The translations under genes and the position numbers were made by a program. A stretch of 33,783 nucleotides of DNA from Chiloscyllium plagiosum (lineage: Eukaryota): NCBI RefSeq assembly GCF_004010195.1, contig NC_057718.1, forward strand, positions 56,587,220 to 56,621,002, given 5' to 3'. Position 1 is the first letter of the stretch. Every line of letters starts with the position of its first letter. Shown here piece by piece: positions 1 through 12,083 of the stretch. The notes beneath the pieces are model-generated. The model was not told the origin of the DNA, searched no databases, and saw only the letters and a program-made list of their open reading frames with translations.

Positions 1-170
1 CTATGTTACTTTCTCCCCACCCCCACCCTCCTCTCACTTATCTCTCCACCCTTCAGGCTCTCTGCCTGTATTCCTGATGAAGGGCTTTTTCCCAAAACAT
101 CGATTTTACTGCTCCTCAGATGCTGCCTGAACTGCTGTGCTCTTCCAGCATCACTAATCAGAATCTGGTT
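1..170 (+). mobile_element. Penelope-like pseudo-LTR fragment with degenerate hammerhead core
   Basis: CTGATGA-AGGGCTTTTTCCC-AAAACATCGATT (74-106) followed by GATGCTGCCTGA..CTGCTG..TTCCAGCA, similar to the pLTR at 25819-25899. The CGAAACG motif has decayed to CAAAACA (CpG decay). Confidence 0.7.
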
Positions 171-315
171 TGCATAATCTTACCCTGATTACAGTTTATA
201 ATTTTTTGGATGCAATTCAGCCCTCATGCTGTGAACCTATAACTTAAATAAAACATTTTAATTCTGAGATTCAGACTCATCCATAGGAATGGCTTAGGGT
301 ATTTGCGCTTACAAA

Positions 316-1016
316 TGTTAAGATGATAGAGGCGTACTGTACCTTTAAAGAGAGTTGAAGGACTTAGCAAGCACACAGTGTGCTGCAGAATTTACAATAA
401 CAATGTAACATTTGGTCCAGCAGGTAGCAATACCTGAGTTACAATGAGACAAAAACAAATTCAAATCTGGCCAGTTTAAATTATGCCCCAAGATACTAAA
501 CTCCAATCAAGTTTGAATTTGGTATTTTGACAATATTAAAACCAATGAAATGATCTGATGCTTTGAGAAAAATTGAACAATTGGGGAAGAATTGCCAAGC
601 CACCAACATATGCAGACTGCCACAGAATAGCTATCTCTACCAATGACCTGTGAAACAGAAACCCTAAGAAGTAGTGAAGACGACAGAAAAAGATACAAAG
701 AAAAGATTCGACAGCTAGTTGGTTTTGAACTTTGAATTCTTTGGGAAACCTTAATGGTGGGGGTGGAGGAAGTGTTTAATCAGACCAGTATTATAAAAAG
801 GGAAAGTAAAAAATAGAAAGGAGTTATAAACAGTTGTTAGTTAATTATTCTCTGTTACACTTTTAAAAAAAGTTGTTAATTTTTACTTTAAATAGTGACC
901 TTTGAAATAGTTGTTGGCCTCTCGAATTTGAACACATTACAGCATGGGTTAAGTCATTTCTATGTTGCTAGTTTAAATTAGCAATGGGGGTGGGGGGCTT
1001 ACCCCGTGTCGTAACA
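316..1016. mobile_element. Solo LTR (Gypsy-type)
   Basis: Starts TGTTA, ends GTAACA; 4-bp TSD CAAA at 312-315 and 1017-1020; no coding content. Confidence 0.7.
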
Positions 1017-1882
1017 CAAAAAACAAACTTCACCTACTACATTCAAAGTTTGTTCATCGCATTCTACTCAATAAGTTACATAGAGTAGAAACTAAAGCAG
1101 ATTGGTTGAATTGAACATTCTGTTCAAGTCAAACAGCCCATGTTGGTAGCTATGTTTGAAATAAGTAGTAGTCCTGTTCCCATATGTTTGTGCTGCTCTC
1201 AAATGCTTTCATTTCTTTTCCCTTCAAATCAAAAAAGTTTCCCAACCTTGGTCCTAAATCTCAAACTTAAATCTTGTTTACGTCTCATTGACCTCCCTTG
1301 TAGTACTATCTACCCCATCACCAATTTTCATCATTTGAGTTACCTCTATTACATCATGCAAAATTGATTTAGCTCAAACAAAAAAAATTCTTTCATTTGC
1401 AAATGCACCAAAAAGGTGCAAATGAAAATAAACAAACAAAGCCATTTGCAGTGCAGGTATACAGAATTGTTTTTACGGAAAACAGGAACAAAGCGCTCAA
1501 ATTCTTAAAATAGCAATTCCACAGAACCAGTTTGTGATCTCCAACATGAATAGCAAAAACATTCAAATGAACTCACCTCAGTTCATTGAGACTTTGTAGC
1601 TTTAAAAAAAAAGGGACACACTGGCACATCAGGCTAACAACAATTTTTCATATAACGATCTCTAGGCTGACTTGAAGGCTTCCGTGGCTTCTTCACCCCA
1701 TTGGTTTGATATATATTGATGCTGGCAGATTTGATCATTTATTGTCACAATTCACCAGGGTACTGCATTGGAAATCAGTGCACTATTCCCAGAGTCATCA
1801 CAAATGTCAGAATTTAATTAAATCACCAAATTGACAATTTTACCCAATTGTCTAATTCATGTTAAAAGAATATGCAAACTAG

Positions 1883-4800
1883 ATAGAGTCATAGAGATGT
1901 ACAGCACGGGAACAGACCCTTCAGTCCAACTCGTCCATGCTGACCAGATATCCCAACCCAATCTAGTCCTGGCCCATATCCCTCAGCACCTGGCCCATAT
2001 CCCTCCAAATCCTTCCTATTCATATACCCATCCAGTTGCCTCTTAAATGTTGCAATTGTACTAGCCTCCACCACTTCCTCTGGCACCTCATTCCATACAT
2101 GCTCCACCCTCTGCGTGAAAAGGTTGCCCCTTCGGTTGCCCCTTTTATATCTTTCCCCTCTCGCCCTAAACCTAAGCCCTCTAGTTCTGGACTCCCCCAT
2201 CCCAGGGAAGAGACTTTTGTCTATTTATCTTATCCATGTCCCTCATGATTTTATAAACCTCTATAAAGGTCACTCCTCCGTTTCTGACGCTCCAGGGAAA
2301 ACAGCCCCAGCCTGTTCAGCCTCTCCCCATAGCTCAATCCTCCAAGCCTGGCAACATCCTTGCCTTACCAAATACACTTACATCCTGTCCCTCAGGACTC
2401 CCTCCAACAACTTGCCCACCACCGACATCAGGCTTACTGGTCTATAGTTCCTTGGCTTGTCCTTACCACCCTTCTTAAATAGTGGCACCATATCAGCCAA
2501 CCTCCATTCTTTGGGCACCTCACCTGTGACTATCGATGATACAAATATCTCAGCAAGGGGCCCTGCAATGACTTCCCTACATTCCCACAGGGTTCTAGGG
2601 TACACCTGATCAGGTCCTGGGGATATGTCCACTTTTATGCCTTTCAAGACATCCAGCACTTTCTCCTCTGTAATATGTCATTTTTCAAGATGTCACCATC
2701 TATTTCCCCGCATTCTATATCTTCAATGTCCTTTTTCACAGTAAACACTGAACCAAAATACGTGTTTAGTATCTCCCCCATCTCCTGCAGTTCCACACAA
2801 AGGCCATCTTGCTGATCTTGGAGGGGCCCTATTCTCTCCCTAGTTACCCTTTTGTTAAAACTCCCTATCATAACCACCCTATTATTCTTACAGATAACCA
2901 AGATGTCCTTATAAATCTGTTTCTCAATTTCCCTCTGACTATTACGGGGTCTATAATACAATTCCAACAAGGTGATCATCCCTTTCTTATTTCTCAGTTC
3001 CACCCAAATACCTTGCCTGGATGTATTTCTGGGAATATCCTCCCTCATTACAGCTGTGATGCTATCCCTTATCAAAAATGCCACTCTCCCTCCTCTCTTG
3101 CCTCCCTTTCTGTCCTTCCTGTAGCATTTGTATCCTGGAACATTAAGCTGCCAGTCCTGTCCATTCATGAGCCACGTTTCTGTAATTGCTATGAAATCCC
3201 AGTCCCATGTTCCTAACCACACCCCGAGTTCATCTGCCTTCCCTGTTAGGCCTCTTGCATTGAAATAAATGCAGTTTAATTTATCAGTCCTACCTTTTTC
3301 TCTGCTTTGTCCCTGCCTGCCCTGACTGTTTGACTTGCTTCTTTTCTCAACTGTAGCAGTCTGAGATTGATCTCTTTCCTCACTATCTCCCTGGGTTCCA
3401 CCCCCGCACCTTAATAGTCTAAATCCTCTTGAGCAGCTCTAGCAAATCTCCCTGCCAGTATATTAGTCCCCTTCCAATTCAGGTGCAATCCGTCCTTGTA
3501 CAGGTCACTTCTACCCCAGAAGAGATTCCAAAGATCCAAAATGTGAATCCGTCTCCCATACACCAGCTCCTCAGCCATGCATTCATCTGCTTTATCCTCC
3601 TATTCCTGCCATCACTAGTTCCCAGCTCCGGAAATAATCCAGATACCACTGTGCTCGAGGATCTCCTTTTTGAATTCCTGCCTAACTCTCTGTATTCTCC
3701 CTTTAGAATCCCATTCTTTTGCCTTCCTATGTCATTAGTTCTAATGTGTACAATGACCTCCTGCTGGGCCCTCTCCCCTTGAGAACTTTCTGCACCCTCT
3801 GAGACATTCTTGATCCTGGCACCAGGGAAGCAACACAACATTCTGATTTTTCACTGCTGACCACAGAAATGTCTATCTGTGCCTCGGACTAGAGAGCACC
3901 CTAACACAATTGACCTCTTGGAACCCAACGTAACCCTCATTGTATTACAGCCAGTCTTGATACTAGAAACTTGGCTGTTCTTGCTACATTCCCCTAGAAT
4001 ACATCACCCCCTACGTTTTCAAAAACAGCATACTTATAGAGTCAGAGAGATGTACAACATGGAAACAGACCCTTCGGTCCAACCCGTCCATCCCAACCCA
4101 ATCTAGTCCCACCTGTCAGGACCCGGCCCATATCCCTCCAAACTCTATCTATTCATATACCCAGCCAAATGCCTCTTAAATGTTGCAATTGTACCAGCTC
4201 CACCACTTCCTCTGGCAGCTCATTCCACACACGTACCACCCTCTGTGTGAAAATGCTGCCCCGTAGGTCTCTTTTATATCTTTCCCCTCTCACCCTAAAT
4301 CTATGCCCTCTAATTCTGGTATCCCTGACCCCAGGGAAAAGACTTTGCCTATTTACCATATCCATGCCCCACATGATTTTGTAAACCTCTATAAGATCAC
4401 CTCTCAGCCTTCGAAGCTCGAGGGAAAACAGCTCCAGCCTGTTAAGCCTCTCCCTATAGCTCAAATCCTCCAACCCTGGCAACATCCTTGTAAATCTTTT
4501 CTGAACCCTTTCAAGTTTCACAACATCTTTCCGATAGGAAGGAGACCAGAATCGCACGCAATATTCCAATAGTGGCCTAACTAATGTCCTGTACAGCCGC
4601 AACATGACCTCCCAACTCCTGAACTCAATACTCTGACCAATACTTGTTTGAAATGGGGATAGCCACAGAAGACTCCTGCACCACCTGCCTATCTCGCTTA
4701 CCTTTCCTGGAGTTCACTCATCTATGTGACTGTATCTGCAACTTTTCTCCCTTCCAATAACTGCCATCCAACATATCTGCTTGCACTTGTAAATTCCTCA

Positions 4801-5310
4801 TTGCCTCTGTCTCTCCACCCAATCCATTTGATCTGATAGGATTTGCGATCAACACCATTTATTGCACATATAATCCTCAGTAACAGGTAAGCTCTCCCTG
4901 AATTCCCACATCTGACAAAAAGAGCACGTCACTCTACTAAAGGCCATTTTTGCTCCTTTCAATCTACAGACCCAGAAAATAGCATCGTCTTATTCCTCTA
5001 CAAAACACTGCTCCTGGCTAACTTAATACTTATGGCTTGTATTTTTAAGTTTAATCAAGAGACATATCACTGTAAAACATAAAATCAAGAAAGAACTCAC
5101 TCTACTCACTACTACAGACTTACTGAAAGGCCACACTTAAAAAATATTCATTTATCTGTTTCAGTGCTGTGACCTCTCCCAAACAGGTTCCTCCAAGATT
5201 AGTTGTGGATTTCACTGTTAAATTTTCCCAGATACATCCAATGTCCCGCAATACATGAATTCAAACTGCAAAGGCAGTAACTGTACAGGTTCACTGCTGT
5301 GTCACGGAGC
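1883..5310 (-). mobile_element. Near-full-length, internally deleted CR1/HER1-type LINE (5'UTR, ORF1, endonuclease, partial RT, 3' tail)
   Basis: ORF1 start at 4947 (MAFSRVTCSFCQMWEF..DYMCNK, Cys-rich); SGNH-esterase-like ORF1 part (CFPGARI.., 3479-3841); APE endonuclease (IAITETW, YRKDR..RGG, YYRP, 2644-3222); RT N-terminus (SPGPD..PRTL, PLFKKG..NYRPVSL, 2378-2659); 3' end with CTATGACT-type tail at 1883. 5' boundary approximate. Confidence 0.9.
4036..4639 (-). mobile_element. 5'-truncated CR1/HER1 LINE nested in ORF1 of the older CR1
   Basis: RT C-terminus LYRTLVRPLLEYC..WSP..LERVQKRFTRMLPGL (ORF 4153-4605); TSD ATACTT at 4030-4035 and 4640-4645; host ORF1 resumes afterwards. Confidence 0.9.
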
Positions 5311-6179
5311 AATGTGGGTTTACAATAAACTATATTCCTGTTAATAAACTGTTTTCTTTTTAAACAAATGGCAAGAAAGGAAATTGGATTGCTCATCTAT
5401 AACTCTACCACTTTCCAAAAAATTTCATACACATACAAACAGACAAAGAGACAAGGTACACATTGTGGGTGGAAAGGGGGTACAAAAAAGGGTCAGAGAA
5501 GCACAATTCTGGTACCAGTCCAGAACACAGACATCAGTCAGTTATTTTCTTTCGTTTTTCTTCTGACTCATTCTAATTATTTGCTAATGATGCCTGGTTG
5601 TGGATACACCAATTCTCAGTCTTCCATTCACTGTTAAAGATTCACCCTTTCGGTGCCTTGGAGGGTGAATCAGAGGCTTTGCAGAGAGAAATAAACATAC
5701 AAAGAAAAGGCGAGGGCGACAGTAGTTAGGTACTAGGGATTTTTACTGCCACACAGAAGGGAGCGAGGATAGATGATTTCTCTTTGCAAGCTGGGTGTTT
5801 CTGCTGTAATGTCCACACTCAAGGCTGTAGCCATCTGCCCAGGTATCAATCAAGTGGCTGTTACTGTTGAACTCTCCTGAGCCCACAACAACTGATCCTG
5901 ATTTAAAAGGCAATCAATAAACTGTCTCTGGACAAAATTACACTAAACACAACTAGCGATGCCATTCTACCTGGAATAGCATCCAATTGCTTAAGTAAGG
6001 TAACATTGTCAATAAAACTCAAAGTATTCCAGCAAGCTATTTTTACAAAGTAAGTATCCAGCAAGTATCTTCTTACACAGCTTCTTTGATTTAAAATAAT
6101 ATTTTCTCAATTTTTAGTTCAGCCCAAAAAAAGGGTCCTCACGTTATATCATTAATAAGTTCCAGAATATGAAAAGCCA

Positions 6180-6537
6180 TTTTGGCCTGGTGGTATTATC
6201 ACTGGACTGGTAATCTAGAGATTCAGGTAATGCTCTGAGGACATGGGTTTGAATCCCACCACAACAGATAGTGGAATGTGAATTATATGAAAAACATCTG
6301 GAATTAAGAATTGAATGATGACCACGAAGCCACTGATGATTATCAGAAAAACCCTTCTGGTTCACTAATATCTTTTAGGGAAGGAAAAGATGGTGCCATT
6401 CTTACTTGGTCTGACCCACATGTGACTCCTGACCCATAACAATGTGGTTGTTCCCAATTGTTCTGTGGGCAATTAGGAATGACCAATGAATGCTGGCCTA
6501 GCCAGAGACACCCACATCCCCATGAATGAATAAAAAA
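6180..6537 (+). mobile_element. tRNA-derived SINE with LINE-like 3' tail
   Basis: A-box TGGCCTGGTGG (6183-6193), B-box GGTTTGAATCC (6246-6256), body AAAACCCTTCTGGTTCACTAAT..TTTAGGGAAGG, tail CACATCCCCATGAATGAATAAAAAA similar to the LINE end at ~28050-28098. Confidence 0.75.
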
Positions 6538-6780
6538 TGACATAGTAGGACAGCCTCTATAAGGACATCTGCTTCTGTGATTGCAAAGTCACTCAATGCA
6601 GACTGTTATGCATTTGTAGGAAGTAGAACCTGCTTGACCTTAACTGCCCCAAGAATGTGGTGCTGAGCCAACTTCTTGAAATGCTGCAATAGGAGGTTCT
6701 TTTGCACTGGTTTGGTCCAAATGAATGGCTTCCTGTGATTTTGTAAAGGAATTAAGAATCAAATCACATTTCTATTTGAT

Positions 6781-7305
6781 ATAGAGTCATAGAGACGTAC
6801 AGCATGGAAACAGACCCTTCGGTCCAACCCGTCCATGCCAACCAGATATCCCAACCAAATCTAGTCTCACCTGCCAGCACACGGCCCATATCCCTCCAAA
6901 CCCTTCCTATTCATATCCTCCACCACTTCCTCTGGCAGCCCATTCCATACATGTACCACTCTCTGTGCGAAAAGGTTGCCCCTTATGTCTCTTTTATATC
7001 TTTCCCCTCTCACCATAAACCTATGCCCTCTAGTTCTGGACTGCCCGACCCCAGGGAAAAGACTTTGCCTATTTACCCTATCCTTGCCCATCATAATTTT
7101 GTAAACCTCTATAAGGTCATCCCTCAGCCTCAGACGCTCCAAGGAAAACAGCTCCAGCCTGTTCAGCCTCTCCCTATAGCTCAAATCCTCCAACCCTGGC
7201 AACATCCTTGTAAATTTTTTCTGAACCCTTTCAAGTTTCACAACATCTTTCCGATATGAAGGAGACCAGAATTGCATGCAATATTCCAACAGTAGCCTAA
7301 TCAAT
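6781..7305 (-). mobile_element. 5'-truncated CR1/HER1 LINE 3' end
   Basis: ORF 6867-7304 (LLEYC..WSPSYRKDVVKLERVQ), highly similar to 4036-4639; tail ATAGAGTCATAGAG at 6781. Confidence 0.9.
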
Positions 7306-7455
7306 CGATTTCATTCCCTAAGATGGACATTATTGAATCAAATGGATGTTTTCAACCAGATATTTTCATGGCTACCATTACTGAAACTAGTTTTAAATTC
7401 CAGATTTATTTAATGAAATTTTAAGTTCCCCAGCTGTCAAAGTGGGATTAGAACA
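7306..7455 (-). mobile_element. Degenerate antisense copy of the SINE family at 6180-6537 (5' half)
   Basis: TTCCCTAAGATGGACATTATTGAATCAAATGG and TTCCAGATTT..GTGGGATTAGAAC resemble the reverse complement of the SINE body and B-box. The 3' half probably lies at ~6600-6780, separated by the CR1 insertion. Confidence 0.5.
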
Positions 7456-7740
7456 TCCGATGTAGGTACAGAAACAGGTCATTGGTCTTTTATGCCTAGT
7501 CTGCCATTCAACAAGATCATGGATAGTCTTCACCTCAATACCACCTTTGTACACAATGGTCATTTCCCTTAATATTAAAAATCTATCAACTTTGTCCTGA
7601 ATACACTCAATGGCTGAGCATCAACACCCCTTGGAATCGACTCTAGACATTTACAGCCACTTGAGAAAAATGGATGATTAAAAATCTATTGTCCCATGTT
7701 CTAGATTTCCAGTCCAGGGAGAAATACTTCCGCATCTGAT
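7456..7740 (-). mobile_element. Old CR1 3'-end fragment
   Basis: CTGCCATTCAACAAGATCATGG..AAAATCTATCAAC resembles the CR1 3' UTR pieces at 14667 and 33385. Confidence 0.5.
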
Positions 7741-8231
7741 TTTTGCTATTGCTCCCCTTATTCTGTCAGCTAAATAGTGCCTTCCCAGGGATGAGTTGAG
7801 AGAATTCTGATTTTGAAAGCTGGACTTTCCAAGTATTCAGTATCAGGCAGGTGCTTGACTTGACTGTGGTACACTTCTCCCATCTTGTGCTCCAGTCCCT
7901 GATTTGTAAGGAGGATTTTTCAGGCAATGACTAGGATGTTCTAAATTTCTTTCTTCTGTGATATCTCAGTCATTTTTGATTTTAATTGCTGTGCCTATTT
8001 ACAGGCAAGTGGCTTGTTTGGCAACTTCAGAGAGCACCAAGAGGCAGAGGTAAACCATACATTGGTGATAGGATGCTTCCTTTTATGAAGGACAATGAAC
8101 CAGTGAGGTTTTGACAAAACTTCCTGCTATTTTTCTTCCTGCTTGCTCACAATTTACTGAACTTATTGACCATTTGACAAATATAATAAATACTCAACAA
8201 TAAATACAATAGTTGACTTTTGAATCTTCAA

Positions 8232-9170
8232 ATAGAGTCATACAGCACAGAAACAGACCGTTCAGTCCAACTCATCCATGCCAACCAAGTTTCCCCAAAC
8301 TAAATTTGTCTTGCTTGCCTGCATTTTGCCCATATCCCACCAAACCTTTCCTATTTATGTATCTATCCAAATGTCTTTTCAATGTAAGTACAGAAATAAC
8401 ATTTATCACTTCCTCTGACAGTTCATTCCACATACAAGTCACCAGAGTGGAAAATGTTGCCCTTCAGGTCCCTTTTAAATCTTCCTCCTCACAACTTAAA
8501 AATATGCCTCCTAGTTTTGAATGCCCCAATCATAGGGAAAAGACCTTTGCTATTCACCTAATCAATGCCCCTTATGATTTTATAAGCCTCTATAACGTCA
8601 CCCTTCTGCCTCCTAAGCTCTAGGGGAAATAGTCCCAGCCTATCTAATCTCTCCATAAAACTCAAATCTTCCAGTCCCAACAACATCTTGCTAAATCTTT
8701 CTGAACCCTCTCCAATTTAATAATATCCTTCTTATAGCAGGGCTACCGGAACTGGACACAGTACTCCAAAAGTGGCCTCACCAACATGGCGACCCAACTC
8801 CTATACTCAATGATCTGAGCAATGAAAGCAAGTGTGCTAAATGCCTTCTTAACCACCCTGTCTACCTGTGACACAACTTTCAAAGAACTATGTGCGTGAA
8901 CCCCCTAGATCTCTCTGGTCGACAACACTACCCAGGGCTGTAACATTAACTGTTATAATCCTGCCCTTGTTTGTTTTAGCAAAATGCAATACCTCACATT
9001 TATCCAAATTAAAACATCATCTGCCACTCCTCAGCCTATTGGCCCAACTGATCAAAATTGCTTTGTAATCCTATATAACCTTCTTCACTGTAGACTATAT
9101 CACCAATTTTGGTGTCAGCCGCAAACTTACTAACCATGCTTCCTAAATTCTCATTGAAACCATTTATACA
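8232..9170 (-). mobile_element. 5'-truncated CR1 LINE, related subfamily
   Basis: Tail ATAGAGTCATACAGC; antisense LVRPLLEYCVQF-like and FADTKIG-like (CCAATTTTGGTGTCAGCCGCAAACTT) RT motifs. Confidence 0.85.
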
Positions 9171-9325
9171 AGATATTACTTTAGCTTGTTTTCCGAAGAA
9201 CTAATCATCAACATCATTCTTTACATATACATCTGGTGATGAAAATTTCCAAATTAAGCACCAGACCAGAATTGGACAATATTTATTAGTACATTACTCT
9301 TTAGATCTTGGGGCAATAAGTGCAG

Positions 9326-9576
9326 ATTTAAAGAGCATAAATATATTTCCACTTTTATTGACCAGACTACTTATCAACAAAACCAGGAAACTTCTACATA
9401 TGAAGATGCCTAGTGTCTGATCAAACTTCCCTCATCCACATGCTTGGTCACCTCCTCGAAGAATTCAATAAGAATTTAAAGAGCATAAATATGTTTCCAC
9501 TTTTATTGACCAGACTACTTATCAACAAAACCAGGAAACTTCTACATATGAAGATGCCTAGTGTCTGATCAAACTT
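9326..9576. repeat. 103-bp direct duplication (9326-9428, 9474-9576) around a 45-nt CR1 RT snippet
   Basis: The copies differ at one base (ATATATTT vs ATATGTTT). The spacer 9429-9473 reads LIEFFEEVTKHVDEG on the minus strand. Confidence 0.95.
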
Positions 9577-10779
9577 GATTAATAGTCATGTAATTGTTTT
9601 TATGGTTAATTTGCAAGTTACATGGATAGGGAAAAACATTTGGTAAAGTGAGTGAGAAAAGAAAAGTGTACATTATACATTGTAAACTGAGTACCCTGAA
9701 GCGCATAAAAAGAAGCTGAATCATAAAATCTTTTCAAGAACAATAGTGTGGTTGCTACTATTACTATCATGAGTTCATACTTCAGGCTTTTGATTTGTAG
9801 CACAATAATATAACCTTTCCTGCTCATGTTCTTGAGTGTGACCTTTTTAAGTACAGAACAAACATGAAATAGCACAATCTTTGTCCCATTTGAAATTATC
9901 AAAAGTTATGATGCACAAATCAAAGTACAAAAATTGATGTACTGTAACTTTTGTTTCAAATTTGTAGTAGCAAACTTATGTCTCATATGTTTAAAGAAAC
10001 CAGAATAAAATGTGCTTATGTTAACTAAAAATATTGAATGAAAACATTACTCTACTTCTTTTGTGAAAATAATCAAACTGCAGGAAGTTACATTGTAGTT
10101 CTTTCTATACTGAGCTCACATCATAAAATTAGTTTAATATGCTTGCTGTTAACCTATGATCTCTGATGTTATAGATTTTAGGTTTATATCATAGTACATG
10201 CATTAATCATTTGTTCTCATTAACCTGTCCAAAGTAATTCAAGACAACCATATCTTTAAAGATTCAGTAATTGTTATTACTGGTCAATAGACTGCATGGA
10301 ATAATTCAGATTATATGAGACACAATTTCAGATTCACCAAAAGTTTTTCCTAACTAAAGTAATAGAAACGATATCCTACACAAAAGTGCTCAATAAATAT
10401 TAGAATAATCCCGCGCAATGGACCATCTCACATGCACAATATAAAGAAAGAATGGATTATTACTGATACTGATATTTGGGTGTAAAACCTACATTATCCC
10501 AAGTTTGATCTTTACAACTTTTATTTTGTAGTTGTTATTGTTTTTAAAAAGTGGAGCTAAAGAACAAATTTCTTACTGAATAACACTTATGGAAGTACAG
10601 TTCAAATGAATTCAGACAGACCTATTTAAATTCCATTAAAAGAAGGAACTACAAAAAAATGAATTATATATAACTGGAAACATTTCACCTTGAATTGCAT
10701 CACCAATGGTTTAAAATAATAAATATGTAATGTCATCTACAGATATTTACATTTCACATAGTTGTAACCTACAGAGTTT

Positions 10780-11780
10780 TTGATTTGATTTACATGTATT
10801 GAGGTACAATGAAATCTTTTGTTTTGCATGCAGTACAAGCAGAGCATACTATACAAAGATCATAGGTCTGAAAGAACAGAGCAAGGAATACAAAGTTATG
10901 GCTGTAAAGAAGGTGCACAAAAATCAAGATTAATATTAAATTTGAAATTGGAGAGGTCCATTCAGAAGTCTAACAACAGCAAGGAAGAAGCTGGCAGCTA
11001 GAAGTGCAGTTTGAGTCAATGGATGGAAGGTTAGCTTGTGTGATGGACTGGGTTGTGTTCAAAACTCCATAGTTTCTTAGGGTCCTGGACAGAGCAGTTG
11101 CTATACCAAGCCTTGATGCATCCAGCTAGAATGCTTTTGATGGTGCATCTGTAAAAATTGGAGAGTGTCTTTACGGAAACTCCAAACTTCCTTAGTGAAT
11201 AGTCCAGAACAGATTGTTTGTGATCAGTACTCTTAGGAACTTGTCACTATTGACCATCTTCACCTCAGCTCCATTGATATAGATAAGGACATGCCCTCCT
11301 CCTTGCTTCCTGAAGTCAATGATCAGCTGTTTAGTTTTGCTGACATTGAGGGAGAGATTGTTATCTTTACAACATACCACCAAGCAAGCTATCTCTTTCC
11401 TGTATTCTGACTAGTCATTGTTTGAAAGCCAGCCTCTAATAATGATGTTGTCAGCAAACTTGATGATGTTCGGATGAAATTTGGCCACAAAGTCATGAGC
11501 GTACAGGGAATCCAGTAATGGACTGATAAAACAGCCTTGTGGGGTGCCAGTGTTGAAGATTGCCATGTAGGAGATGCAGTTGCTTATCCTCACAGATTGC
11601 AGTCTGTGAGTCAGGAAGTCGACAATCCAGCTGCACAGAGCAGAGCAAAGACTTAGGTCTCAGAGTTTGGAGATTAGTTTGTTTAGGATTATAGTATTGA
11701 AGGTGGAGCTGTAGTCATTAGGCTGAAGCTGGACATCAGTAGTCTTATTGCCCAGATATTCCAGAGATGAGTGTATGGCA
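10780..11780 (-). mobile_element. Rex1/Babar-type LINE RT and 3' end, degenerate
   Basis: NTGTPQGC.ISPLL.SLY.HD..IKFAD (11411-11593), CKDNNLSLNVSKTKQLIIDFRK..INGAEV (11192-11383), NFYRCTIKSILAGCIKAWY (~11100-11160). Confidence 0.85.
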
Positions 11781-12083
11781 GATATCATTTCCCTAGGTTG
11801 GGAGATTTCAAAACTAGGGGACGTATGTTTAAGGTGAGGGAGTAAGATTTAAAATAAAAGACAGGAGGGGCAACAGAGAGTGGTTCATGTATGGAACAAA
11901 CTTCCAGAGGAGGTGGTGGATGCAGAAACAGTTACAATGCTTAAAAGACATTTGGACATATGCATGAATGGGAAACATTTGGATGAATGTGGACCAAACA
12001 CAGGCAGGTGGGACTGGCTTAGTTTGGGATTATGGTCAGCATGGACTAGTTGGACTAACTGGTCTGTTTCCATGGTGCGTGAC
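11781..12083 (+). mobile_element. CR1 LINE 3' end
   Basis: VVHVWNKLPEEVVDA..KRHLD motif and the 3' UTR ending CTGTTTCCATGGTGCGTGACT. Confidence 0.8.

Noticed and set aside
74..106. Functional hammerhead ribozyme
   Set aside because: Catalytic GAAA is mutated to AAAA and stems II/III are damaged; kept only as a fossil.
1968..2005. 17-nt direct repeat CCTGGCCCATATCCCTC
   Set aside because: Local slippage duplication inside a CR1 3' UTR; no array.
9326..9576. CRISPR-like repeat-spacer-repeat
   Set aside because: Eukaryotic context, only two 103-bp copies, LINE-derived spacer, no cas genes.
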